38,208 nucleotides of DNA, from NCBI GenBank assembly GCA_041303085.1, contig JBFYPV010000181.1:1-38208 (forward strand). The letters are read 5' to 3'. Made by a program: the position numbers and the translations under genes. How positions within the stretch are numbered: position 1 is the first letter of the stretch; every line of letters starts with the position of its first letter. Of this stretch, positions 1 through 11,800 are shown in pieces. The notes below the pieces were generated by a model. The model was not told the DNA's origin, ran no database searches, and saw only the letters and a program-made list of their open reading frames with translations. The DNA comes from Crocinitomicaceae bacterium. Its GTDB lineage: Bacteria; Bacteroidota; Bacteroidia; Flavobacteriales_D; Crocinitomicaceae.

Positions 1-2505
1 TTCGACCAAAATGGAACTTTTGACAATCCTGCAGAATTGGTCTATATGGATCAAACAACTGTAATGGGCCCAAGAACAGTAAACGGATCAATTACCATTC
101 CTCCAACAGCATTAACAGGAAATACAGTAATGCGTGTCGTTTGCGTTGAGGGCGCTGCTGCAACGGGTTTTACAATTCTAACACCATGTATTTCATACGG
201 CTACGGAGAAACTGAAGATCACCTCATTAACATCATTGCAGCAAATCCTTGTACAGGCACGCCTAATGCTGGTGACGCTTTGGCTTCTGCAACAACCGTT
301 TGTCCAACTACCCCAGTGAACATGTCATTAGACAGCGCAACGGTAGCTTCCGGAATTACTTACCAATGGTTGAGCGCTGCAAGTGCTTCTGGTCCTTGGA
401 CTGCAATCGCTGGTGCAAACAACTCTACATACAGCACTACAGTTGCTGCTGATACTTATTTTGCTTGTGTACTTACTTGTACGGCCTCTGCAGCTGCAGA
501 TACTTCTACTGCTGTTCAAGTATTGTCTACACCTTTCTATCAGTGTTATTGCAATACTGTGAATGCAGGAGGTAACGGTTCATTAATGGATAACGTAGCA
601 TTTACTTTTGGTGGCGCTAGTTTCTGGAACAACAACACAGCTGCTACGCAACCAACGGCAAGCCCTTATTACAGTGCCTTCACTTCTGGCCCTTCTGTTA
701 TTCAGGGAATGGAATATGGTGTTGGAGTAACAGTTCAAGCACCATCTGTTTACACAGGTGCAATTGTTTCAGTTTGGATTGACTACGACCAAAGTGGTTC
801 TTACGAGCCAACTGAATGGACGCAAGTAGGAACTAACATTGCAGGAAACACAACCGGCACTGTTAATATCACGATTCCAATGACGGCCTTAACTGGCAAC
901 ACAGGCATGCGCGTTCGTTCACGTGGCAACTTCAATACTAATGGTCCTGGCGACGCTTGTACCAACATGGGTTCTGGTGAAACTGAAGACTACGTCATCA
1001 ACATTTTACCTGCACCAGACTGTGCCAATCCAACTAATATTACGGCTACTTCTGGTGTAGACAGCATCATGACAACATGGAGCTGGGCTCAAACATTATT
1101 GCCAGTAACTGGTTACAACTACCAATTGGTAGAAGCGGGTATGCCATTCTCTAGTGGTACAACTTATGTGATTGACGCCAACTCAAACGACACGCTCATA
1201 GACCCTTCATTTATTGCAGGTCAGTCTTTTGAAGTTTATCTTCAGGCAGTTTGTGGTCAGGACACTTCTTATTTTATCGGCCCAGTACCTGTGATGTTAC
1301 CAATGACTAATGATCAAATGTGTAATGCTGCTGAAATTCCAGTAGATGGTCACGCATATATCTTCAACAACACTGGCGCAACTGTAGACCCTTCAGAAGT
1401 AGCGGTAGTACCACCAGCAACTGGTGCGCAAACCACAACTGGTTGGGCAAACCAAAACTTGAACCTCACTACCTGGTTCACTTTTGTAGCTCCACCTTCA
1501 GGAAATGTACGCATCAATTCTACAGCCATGGACTACAACAATCAAATTGCGGTATATTCAGCAACAGACTGTTCTATTTTAGCTTCGATTATGATGGAAG
1601 CGGCCAACGATGATGATTTAGATGGCGTCAATGCAGCGCCTAACTTTACCATGTGTGGCTTGAACCCTGGAAATACATATTACATTCTCAACGATGCCTT
1701 CAACAACACAGCAGGTAACTATGCCATCTCCATCTCTGAGATCGACTTGAATGCTGGTGTAGAAGGAGAAGTCATTGAAGCTTGTTATGGCGACACCGTG
1801 AACTTATTCAATGGAATTGCCAACTACCAATTGGGCGGAACATGGACACAAACCATTCCAACACTTGGCCTACAAGGTTCTCAGTTCATCACGAACGGCT
1901 TGGCTACCGTATTCTTTGAATTTACTTATGCTTTAGTTGATGGTTGTGCTTCTGACGACGTCAATGCCTATGTTGATGTATATCCAGCGTCTAGCGCAGG
2001 TATAAATGGCACCTTTACAGTTTGTAAAAACGAGCCCTTCAACCTCTTAGCTGGCTTAGGTGGCGTAGTTGATATGGGCGGCTATTGGTTAGACCCAAGC
2101 AACAACCCAATTGGAAGCAATATCGACACTGCGTCTAACATCCCAGGTAACTTTAACTACGATTACATCGTGAGCAATGGCGTTTGCCCAGCAGATACCG
2201 CTACTGTTCTTGTTGTTGTCGATGCTGGTTGTGATTTCACAGCTGGTATGGAAACACTTGCCGGTAGCTTTGCTGTATATCCAAATCCTTCTTCTGATGT
2301 TCTTAACATTGAGAATAGCCTAGGTTTGGTGATCGATCAAATTGAGCTGCTTGACATGAGTGGAAGAGTTGTTTTTGCTGCACAAAAAGGCGCGTTCAAC
2401 AACGAACTTGCTCAAATCAGTGTAGTCAACCTTACAACAGGTGTTTATACCTTAAAAATGACGGCGGGTGCACAAACATTCACCAACCGTGTAATCAAGC
2501 AATAA
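1..2505 (+). CDS. T9SS-secreted multidomain surface protein, 5'-truncated by the window edge: two GEVED domains, an Fn3-like domain, a PPC-like domain and a type-A Por C-terminal sorting domain
   Basis: Frame 1 is open from nt 1, with no stop before the first ATG at 37, so the N-terminus lies upstream. GEVED motifs 'GYGETEDHLINI' (~nt 199-235) and 'GSGETEDYVINI' (~nt 970-1005). A cysteine-framed PPC-like module lies at nt 1303-1740. The C-terminus 'YPNPSSDVLNIEN...GVYTLKM...' is a typical T9SS type-A CTD. A strong terminator follows. Confidence 0.8.
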   Translation, partial: FDQNGTFDNPAELVYMDQTTVMGPRTVNGSITIPPTALTGNTVMRVVCVEGAAATGFTILTPCISYGYGETEDHLINIIAANPCTGTPNAGDALASATTVCPTTPVNMSLDSATVASGITYQWLSAASASGPWTAIAGANNSTYSTTVAADTYFACVLTCTASAAADTSTAVQVLSTPFYQCYCNTVNAGGNGSLMDNVAFTFGGASFWNNNTAATQPTASPYYSAFTSGPSVIQGMEYGVGVTVQAPSVYTGAIVSVWIDYDQSGSYEPTEWTQVGTNIAGNTTGTVNITIPMTALTGNTGMRVRSRGNFNTNGPGDACTNMGSGETEDYVINILPAPDCANPTNITATSGVDSIMTTWSWAQTLLPVTGYNYQLVEAGMPFSSGTTYVIDANSNDTLIDPSFIAGQSFEVYLQAVCGQDTSYFIGPVPVMLPMTNDQMCNAAEIPVDGHAYIFNNTGATVDPSEVAVVPPATGAQTTTGWANQNLNLTTWFTFVAPPSGNVRINSTAMDYNNQIAVYSATDCSILASIMMEAANDDDLDGVNAAPNFTMCGLNPGNTYYILNDAFNNTAGNYAISISEIDLNAGVEGEVIEACYGDTVNLFNGIANYQLGGTWTQTIPTLGLQGSQFITNGLATVFFEFTYALVDGCASDDVNAYVDVYPASSAGINGTFTVCKNEPFNLLAGLGGVVDMGGYWLDPSNNPIGSNIDTASNIPGNFNYDYIVSNGVCPADTATVLVVVDAGCDFTAGMETLAGSFAVYPNPSSDVLNIENSLGLVIDQIELLDMSGRVVFAAQKGAFNNELAQISVVNLTTGVYTLKMTAGAQTFTNRVIKQ

Positions 2506-2522
2506 AACACTATAAAAAACGC

Positions 2523-2555
2523 AAAAAGGCGCGCCATCTGGCGCGCCTTTTTTTT
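2523..2555 (+). terminator. Rho-independent terminator
   Basis: Perfect 8-bp GC stem GGCGCGCC (2528-2535), loop ATCT, GGCGCGCC (2540-2547). It is preceded by an A-run and followed by 8 T (2548-2555), 18 nt after the stop at 2505. Confidence 0.85.
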
Positions 2556-2629
2556 GTCTTTTCATATGTAAATAGTAAGGTTTCGAGGTGTATTTCCGGA
2601 CACCAAAACCGACTCAACTGAACTTTTTT

Positions 2630-2659
2630 TTGGAAATCAAATCATTTTGTATACATTTG
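2630..2659 (+). promoter_or_regulatory. Putative Bacteroidota sigma-A promoter (-33 TTG / -7 TAnnTTTG) for the giant adhesin operon
   Basis: TTG at 2630-2632, a 19-nt spacer, then TACATTTG at 2652-2659, an exact TAnnTTTG match. It lies in an AT-rich 330-nt intergenic region downstream of the terminator. The implied leader to the ATG at 2837 is roughly 170 nt. Confidence 0.4.
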
Positions 2660-2836
2660 TTCGATACCGATTTTGATAAATTGGTGTATTTTGTATTGTA
2701 TTTTAATAAAAGTGAGTATATGGAAATCAGCTAATTACCTTGATTATCAGGTTTTTAATTGTTTCCTTTAATTTATATTACCAAGCCAACTATGAGACTT
2801 TACAACCTAACAAGCCTCTCTACAACCCCACAGCAA

Positions 2837-5800
2837 ATGAAGAATGTATTATTATTGAAAGGTTACAAAACAACCTTTTTGACTTTCTTATGGTCGGTCC
2901 TTTTGAGTATTGGTGTCAGCTTTCAGGGGCAGGCGCAAACGCCCCCAACAATCACAAGTATTGCTGATCAAACTGGTTGTGGCACTTTTGGGCCCCTAAG
3001 CTTTACTATTGGTGATGCAGAAACAAGCCCAGACAACCTCACCTTGTCTGCTGCCGTTGTAATAAACACAACATTATTCCCATCTTCGGGGATCACATTT
3101 GGTGGTTCTGGCGCAAACCGCACAATTACAGCAGTTGCGGCAACTGGGCAAACTGGCACTTCTGTCATCAATGTTACAGTTACTGATGAAAATGGTGAAA
3201 CTGTCAACTACTCATTCGCTGTGACTGTAGATTTCGCTATTTCTGCAGGAATAGATCAAACTATTTGTAGCGGAAGCAATGCGAATCTTACTGCAACTGT
3301 AACTGACAACACCACGGGTGGAACCGCAGCTTCATATGCTTGGACGCCTTCTTATGATTTATCTTGTGATGATTGCCTTACGCCAATAGCGACCCCGATG
3401 TTTACGACAATTTATCAAATCGAAGCAACTAGTCCTACGGGTTGTGTTGTGACAGATTCAATTGAGGTAGTTGTAAACGCTACACCTGTAGTAAATAATG
3501 TGAATAATATAGCTGTATGTGCAGGTACAGACATTGAAGTTGAGTTAACTGCTGATTCAGCACCATTAATTCCCGTTAAATCTTTTTCTGGAACTATTGA
3601 TTGGACAAACGACAACATTTCTATTGGCTTAGCAGCTTCTGGTACAGGTAGTATTCCAAGCTTCACTGCTATCAATACAGGTACTACTCCTCAAGTCGCT
3701 AATATTTCAGTTATTGCAACAGAAAATGGTTGTGTGAGTGCTCCAGAAACTTTTACAATTACTGTTTCTCCGGTACCATCAGCTGGTACTATTTCCGGTA
3801 CTACTGAAATTTGTGCAGATGGATCAACTACACTCACATCAAATGGCGACGCTGGATCATGGTCTTCTGCTTCAACAGGCGTAGCTACAATTAATCCTTC
3901 AACAGGTGTTGTTACACCTGTAGCTCCAGGCACAGCCATAATGAGCTACACTGTAACGGGAACTGGTGGATGTGCCAATGTTACAGCTAATACAAATGTT
4001 ACAGTAGAGGCCTTGATTTCTGCAGGAACAATTTCTGGTGCTGATTCTATCTGTTCAAATGCAAGTACTTTATTGACTACAAATGGAGATATCGGCGGAA
4101 ACTGGTCATCGTCTAATAATGCTGTTGCTACAGTTGATGCTTTAACAGGACAAGTAACAGGTGTATCGGAAGGTACCGTTGTAATTACTTACGCCCACCC
4201 TCAACCCGTATCAACTATAGTATTGCCAAATAATACAGCCTCTATTTCATCTCCAGTTATAGGTCAAATCTATAGTGTAACCATTCAGGGCGCAGATAAT
4301 GGCGGTATTTGGGGGACAGGAACTTACACTGCAGACTCAGACATTCCAACAGCTGCTGTCCATGCTGGAATTCTTAATCTAGGCGCAACTGGTACGGTTT
4401 ATTTAGAAATAACACCGGGACTAAATAATTATATTAGCACTACTGCCAATGGAATTACTTCGGATTCATACGCATCTTGGGGTGAATCATTCACTTTTGT
4501 AAGTGCACCGACCAATCCATTAAATTGTACTGGCACGCCATCTACACATACACTTACAGTCAATCCACTTCCAACCGTAACAAACGGCACAACTCAAGCT
4601 GTGGATCACGGTGCTGTTGTAGCTGCCGTTTCTACCGCAGGAAATCTAGGTTCAGGCGCTACATACGCTTGGACAAACTCTAATACAACAATTGGTCTTG
4701 CTGCATCAGGCACAGGAAATGTTCCTCAATTTACAGCAGCTAACACAACGGCATATATTCAAACAGGTCTTATTACAGTTTCAGCTTCGGCCAATGGCTG
4801 TGCAGGCCCCGCTCAGACATATGAGATCGCGGTTAGTCCGGTTCCGACTGTTACACCAGTTACAGACCTTACGCTTTGTGCGGGTGCTGCAGGTAGCGTG
4901 AGTTTTACAGGAGCGCCAGCTGCTACTTTCTTCTCTTGGACAAATGACAACACGAGTGTTGGTATTGCTGCGTCAGGAACTGGCAACATCAGCTTCACTG
5001 GAGCAAATACAACCAATACAGCTCAAACAGCAAACGTTACGGTAACTCCTCAAATGTTGGTTACTGATAGCTATATCTTCCAATCGGTATCTGAAAACCA
5101 AACATTATTATTGACTGCTCCAGCCGGAAAGGTGATTACTAGCGTTGAGTTTGCGAGCTTTGGTACGCCAACAGGAACAGCGGGTAATTATGCCATCGGT
5201 TCTTGCCACGCAAGTAACTCGGCAAATATTGTGAGTGCGGCGGCCTTGGGTCAAACTACACTTACTATTGCAGCAACTACAGCTGTTTTTGGCAACCCGT
5301 GCGTAGGTACTTCAAAAGTACTTGCAGTGAGATTGGGTGTTGGTGAATTAATCAGTGGAAGTACAGATGTATTCCAAGTTACGGTTAACCCAACGCCAAA
5401 CGTTGCAGATGTGTCATTAGGAAACTGTTCAGGATCTAGTTTCAACGCAACACCAGTGAATGGTGTTGATATCGTTCCAGCAGGTACCACTTATACCTGG
5501 ACGGTAGTTGAAAACCCTGCAGTGGTAGGAACTTCAAATGTAAGTTCGGCCACCGCAGCTGTAAGCCAAACATTATCGAACCTAACAAGTCAAGCACAAT
5601 CTGTAACCTATACAGTGACACCAACTGCTGGTTCATGTGTGGGTGGTGATTTTGATGTTACAGTATCTGTTGCTCCAACCATGACTATCGCAGATGTTAG
5701 TACAACGATTTGTACTAGTTCAGCATTCTCAATTACTCCAATTGATGGCGCCCTTACTGATGTTGTTCCAGCAGGAACACTTTATACTTGGGTCTCTACC

Positions 5801-8800
5801 CTCAATCCTAATATTACAGGTGCGACAGCACAATCAACTCCTCAAGCAAGTATTTCTCAAACATTGTCTAACACCTCAGCGAGCAACCAAATACAAGTTT
5901 ATACGGTTACGCCACAATATACTGTTGGTGGAACTACTTGTTTCGGTGATGAATTTGACATTACAGTAACGGTTCTAAATGGGATTCCAAGTGTTGATGT
6001 AGGCGCTAACCAAACAATTTGTGGTTCGGGTGCTGCTTCTTACACTGTAAATGTTGATAACGCAGAGATGGGTTACTGGCAAACAACAGGTATTGGTGTT
6101 ATTTCACCAAATGTGACCAACACAACTGTTAGTTATGTGCCTGCCCAAGGTGAAACAGGAACAGTTGACTTGACTTATATTGCAAGCAATGCTTGTGGTG
6201 TTTCATCAGATGTGGCAATTATTACCATTACAGCACTTCCAAATGCGGGTACTTTAGCAGGTGCAAGTGCTATTTGTCTTGGTTCAACTGGAACACTTTC
6301 GAGCTCTGTTTCTGGTGGTGCTTGGTCTTCATCTAATACAGCTGTTGCTACAATTGATCAAAATACTGGCGTTGTAACTACACAATCTGTCGGTTCAACG
6401 ACAATTACATACACTGTAACTTCAGGATCTTGTTCTTCAAGCGCAACAATGACGCTCAGTGTTAACGCATTACCAACAGCAACCATAACAGCGACAGGCG
6501 CAACAACATTCTGTGCAGGTGGTTCTGTTGCTTTGGTTGGCCCAAGCGCGCCAGCAGGCATGACTTACTCTTATGTATGGAATTTGAATGGATCAGCAAT
6601 AGCTGGTGCAACTTCTAGCTCATATATTGCAACAACATCAATTGCTTACACACTTACAGTAAGTAACAATAATGGTTGTTCAGCTACTTCAGCTGCAACA
6701 ACAATCACTGTAAATGCTTTACCTAGTGTTGCTGCAATCTCAGGTAACACAACTTTGTGTGTCGGTTCAGGGTCAACACTAGCAAACGCAACTACGGGCG
6801 GAACTTGGTCAACAAATAATGCAGCTATTGCAACAATCAACAGCAGTACTGGTGCTGTTGTAGCGGTGAGTGCAGGAGTTGCATCAATGACTTACACAAT
6901 AACAGATGCAAATGGATGTACCAACTCTGTTTCAACGAATGTAACTGTGAATGCCTTGCCTACTGTTGCTGCGGTAACAGGTGCTGCTGCGGTTTGTTCA
7001 GGCGAGACAGTTCAATTTGAAAGCGCAACTGCTGGCGGGTCTTGGACATCAAATAACGCTGCAGTAGCAACAGTAAATGCTACGGGTGTTGTAACAGGTG
7101 TAAGTGCAGGCTTAGCAACAATTACATATACTATTACCGATGCAAACGGATGTACAAATAGTGCTTCTGCTGATATCAATGTGAATACTGGTGCTACGGC
7201 AACAATTACTGCTGGCGGTGCAACAACTTTCTGTGCCGGTTCCAATGTAGTACTCACAGCTAATGCTGGTTCTGCTTATATGTGGTCTACAGGTGCACAA
7301 ACGCAATCTATCACAGTGAGTAACGCAGGAACGTACTCCGTTACTGTAACAAATGCTTCTGGATGTAGCGCAGTATCAGCGGTAACTACAGTAACTGTGA
7401 ATGCATTGCCAGCTGCTACCATTTTAGCAGGTGGCCCAACAAACTTCTGCCAAGGTGGTTCTGTTACATTAACAGCTAGCCCACAGGTTGCAGGTTCAAC
7501 TTATCTTTGGTCTAACGGAGCTACAACAGCTTCTATAATTGCCAACACAACATCTACAAATACAGTTACAATTACAAATGCTGCTGGTTGTGCTACTACA
7601 GCAAGCGCTCTTACCGTAACTGTTAATCCATTGCCTACTGCTACAATCACAGCAAGTGGCGCAACGACATTCTGCCAAGGCGGCTCAGTTACTTTAACAG
7701 CCAATGGTGGTACTGGTTTATCATACCAATGGTCAAACGGTAGCAACAACCAAACTCTTGCAGTGACTACTGCAGGTAGCTACACAGTTACAGTTACAGA
7801 CGCTAACGGATGTTCAAGTACATCTGCAGCAACTGTTGTTACTGTAAATAGCTTACCAAGTGCACCTGCCATCACTGGTACGGCTGCTGTTTGCGTCGGA
7901 TCTACAACATTACTTAGCACAACAGCAAGCAACCCTGTATGGAGTTCAGCAAATGCTGCTGTAGCTACTGTTGCTGCCAACGGTTTGGTTACTGGTGTAA
8001 GCGCTGGAAATGTTGCAATGACTTACACAACGACCAACGCAAATGGTTGTGTTAATTCTCAAAGTGTAACGGTTACAGTGAATACCTTACCTACAGCAGC
8101 CATTTCAACAGTGGGTTCTACAACCTTCTGTCAAGGTGGTTCTGTAACACTTCTTGCCTCTAGTCCAACAGCTGGCATGACTTATACTTACCAATGGATA
8201 TTGAATGGCACCGCAATTACAGGCGCAACCGCAAGCACTTATGTTGCCAACGCGAGTGGTGCTTATGCTGTTACAATTACTACAAATAGTGGCTGTTCTG
8301 CTACTTCTGCTACAACAACTGTAGTAGTCAATCCACTACCGGTTCTAGCAGCTAATGCTGGTGCTACGTCAGTTTGTGAAGGAAGTACAGCAGTTATTAC
8401 AAATGCCCAAGCGGGCGGTTTGTGGTCAACTGCTAATAATACGGTTGCAACAATCAACGCTACAAGTGGTACGGTAACAGGCGTCAATCCTGGTACTACA
8501 ACATTAACATATACATTTACAAATGCAAACGGTTGCACCAACACGGTATCTACAAACTTTACTGTGAATGCACTTCCATCAGCAGTGATTACTGCAGCTG
8601 GAGCAACTACATTCTGTCAAGGTGGTTCTGTTGTATTGACTGCTAGTACAGGTACTTCTTACTTATGGAGTACTGGCGCCACAACTCAGTCAATTACGGT
8701 AAGTACTACACAAGATGTTTCAGTGACAGTAACCAATGCAAACGGTTGTGCTTCAACTTCAGCAATTACATCAGTGGTCGTCAATGCACTTCCGTTGGCG

Positions 8801-11800
8801 AACATTACTTCTTTGAATGGCAATAGTTTCTGCCAAGGTGGTTCAGTTACCCTAGTAGCATCAAATGGTGCTGCTTATGCTTGGTCTAACGGAGCCATTA
8901 CTCAAAGCATTACATTGTCTGCAAGTGCAAGTGTTACCGTAACAGTAACAAATACAGATGGTTGTTCAGCAACTTCTGCGCCATTTGCCGTAACAATGAA
9001 TCCTGCTCCAGTTGCCACAATTACAGCAGGTGGTGCTACCACATTCTGTGCTGGTGGTTCAGTAACCCTCACTGCACCGGTTGCAGCTTCTTATCTATGG
9101 AGTTCTGGTGAAACAACCCAATCAATCGTTGCTTCTGTTGACGGTCCTTATTCAGTTACGATTACTGATGGTAACGGTTGTACAGCTACATCTGCAAATA
9201 CAAACATCACTGTATTAGCTACTCCGGTTGTTCAAGCAATCGCCGGAAGTAATTCAGTATGTGAAGGTGCTACAACTACACTTACAAACGCTACAATTGG
9301 TGGCACATGGTCATCATCTAACACAGGTGCTGCTACAATTGATGCTACTGGTTTACTTACTGGAGTAAGCAATGGTGCGAGTACGATTTCTTACACTGTG
9401 ACAAACGCAAACGGCTGTACTACTGCTGTTCAATTCAATGTAAACGTCAACGCGAATCCAATTCTCACTTCAATTGCGGGTGCTTCAGCTATTTGTGTCG
9501 GTTCAACAACGACACTAGCGAATGCACAAGCTGGTGGTACTTGGTCATCTTCGGATGTTGCCGTTGCTAACGTTGCTGCAAATGGTGTTGTTTCAGGCTT
9601 ATCTGCCGGATCAGCGCTCATTTCTTACACATATACAAATGCTGCAGGATGTACCTCACAGGTTTCAGCCTCGGTTCAAATCAATGCGTTGCCAGTAGCT
9701 ACGGTTACTGCAAGTGGTGCTACTACATTCTGCGCAGGTGGTTCTGTTACCTTAACGGCTCCAGCTGGCATGACCTACGCTTGGTCTACAGGTGAGTCAA
9801 CCGCAGCAATTACCGCTACTACTTCTGGTTCATATTCTGTGACTATCACAAACGCAAACGGATGTTCAGCAACTTCTGCTCCTGTAGTTGTAACTGTCAA
9901 TGCCCTTCCGGCTGTTTCAATTGCTAATGTAGGTGCTACTTCATTCTGCACAGGCGGATCAGTTACCCTCATTGCACCATTGAATTCAAACTATACTTAT
10001 GCTTGGAATAACGGTGCGGGTGCTATCGCTGGCGCATCTAACAATACATATGTTGCTACTGCTTCAGGTTCATATGCACTTACAGTAACAGATGCGAACG
10101 GATGTACTGCTACATCGGCTGCTATTCCTGTTACAGTTAATGTGCTTCCTGTTGTAACTGCTACAGCGAATGGATCAACAACCTTCTGTGCTGGTGGTTC
10201 TGTTACTTTAACTGCAACGGGCGCCAATACATACGTTTGGTCAAATGGCTCAACAGCTCCTTCTATTACAGTGAGTACTTCTGGCAGCTATGATGTAACT
10301 GGTACAAACCTTGAAGGTTGTACAGCTACAAGTAATGCAATAGCTGTTGTAGTGAACGCTTTGCCTACGGCTAGCATCTCTACTTCAGGTTCAACAGCAT
10401 GTTTGGGAACTACAGTAACGCTTACAGCAGCGGGTGGTTCAACATATGCTTGGAGCAATAACTCTACAAATGCGACAATCAACGTGACTGCCGCAAATAC
10501 TTACACCGTTACAGTGACAAGTGCTGAAGGCTGTAGTTCAACTGCAAGTGAAATGGTTGTCTTCAACGCCAATCCAGCAGTTGTGATTAATGCGAACGGC
10601 CCTACGGTCTTTTGTGCTGGTGGTTCCTTGACCCTTACAGCTACAGGTGGTGCTAACTATGTTTGGAGCAACGGTGATCAAGGTGCTTCAACAACAGTGA
10701 ACCAATCTGGAAATTACTACGTGCTTGTGACGAACGCTGCGGGTTGTACTACTCAATCTTCAGTTGTGAGTGTAACTGTAAACAACAATCCTCTTGTTGC
10801 TGCAATTACAGGTGCAAACGCAGTTTGTGAAGGTGGCACAATGCAATTGACTTCTGCAACACAAGGTGGTGTCTGGTCAGCAGCCAACAATTTCATTGCA
10901 ACTATCGATGCTGCAGGTCATGTAACAGGCTTGAACGCAGGTTCAACTACTATAACATATACGGTTACTGCAAATGGATGTACAGCTTCAACAAGTGCAC
11001 AAGTAAGTGTACTCAACAATCCAGTAGCACCAACTATTACAGCAAGCGGCACAACAAGCCTTTGCCCAGGTGGAACAGTAGTCTTGTTTGCTTCTAATGC
11101 AGCTAACTACCAATGGAGCAACGGACCAACTACACCGTTTATCGTAGCTAATCAGTCTGGTTCTTACACGGTTTCAGTTACAGCTACAAACGGTTGTTCA
11201 GCAACGTCATTGCCAATCGAAGTATTTATTGGCGACAACACCGCTCCTGTCATTTCAGCACCATTAAACGTCACTACTTCACCAAATCTTGGTTGTGAGG
11301 CAATCGGTGTGGCATTAGGCACTCCAATTACTTCGGATAACTGTGGTGTTGCATCTGTAACAAACGATGCGCCGTCAATCTTCCCAATAGGTCCTACAGT
11401 AGTTACCTGGACTGTTACAGATAACTCAGGTAACAGCTCAACAGCTACACAAGTGGTTACAGTAATTGACAACAGTGCTCCAACAGTACAAGCTCCAGCA
11501 AATGTTACTGTAGCGAGCAATGTATACTGCGAGGCAATTGGTGTCAATCTAGGCAATCCTATTGCGACAGATAACTGTACAGACAACTTAACAATTACCA
11601 ACAATGCACCAACTGTTTATCCGTTAGGGAATACAACAGTAACCTGGACGGTTGTAGATGGCGCAGGTAATGTAACAACAGTTGACCAAGTGGTGACTGT
11701 AAATGACGAGTCTGCACCTTTGGTATTGTTGGCTAATACATCAGTAATTCTTGATGCCAACGGAAACGCAACTATTGGTTTTGAAGATCTTGATAACGGT

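Noticed and set aside
2587-2604. A GGTGT-N8-ACACC inverted repeat downstream of the first terminator.
   Set aside because: It has only 5 bp of stem, an 8-nt loop and no adjacent T-run, which is compatible with chance in a 330-nt spacer.
2740-2836. ORF 2740-2967 and the TTG-2759/ATG-2792 N-terminal extension of the giant ORF.
   Set aside because: 2740-2967 is out of frame and overlaps the signal-peptide region. The extension 'MFPLIYITKPTMRLYNLTSLSTTPQQ' precedes a canonical signal peptide that starts at M(2837). The extended start cannot be excluded without experimental data.
6464-11230. Regularly spaced ~225-nt periodicity that could be mistaken for a CRISPR-like array, a DGR variable region or an assembly artefact.
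   Set aside because: The periodic units are in-frame protein modules within one ORF. The repeat units differ at most synonymous sites, so there are no identical direct repeats with unique spacers. The window contains no reverse transcriptase, template repeat or cas genes.
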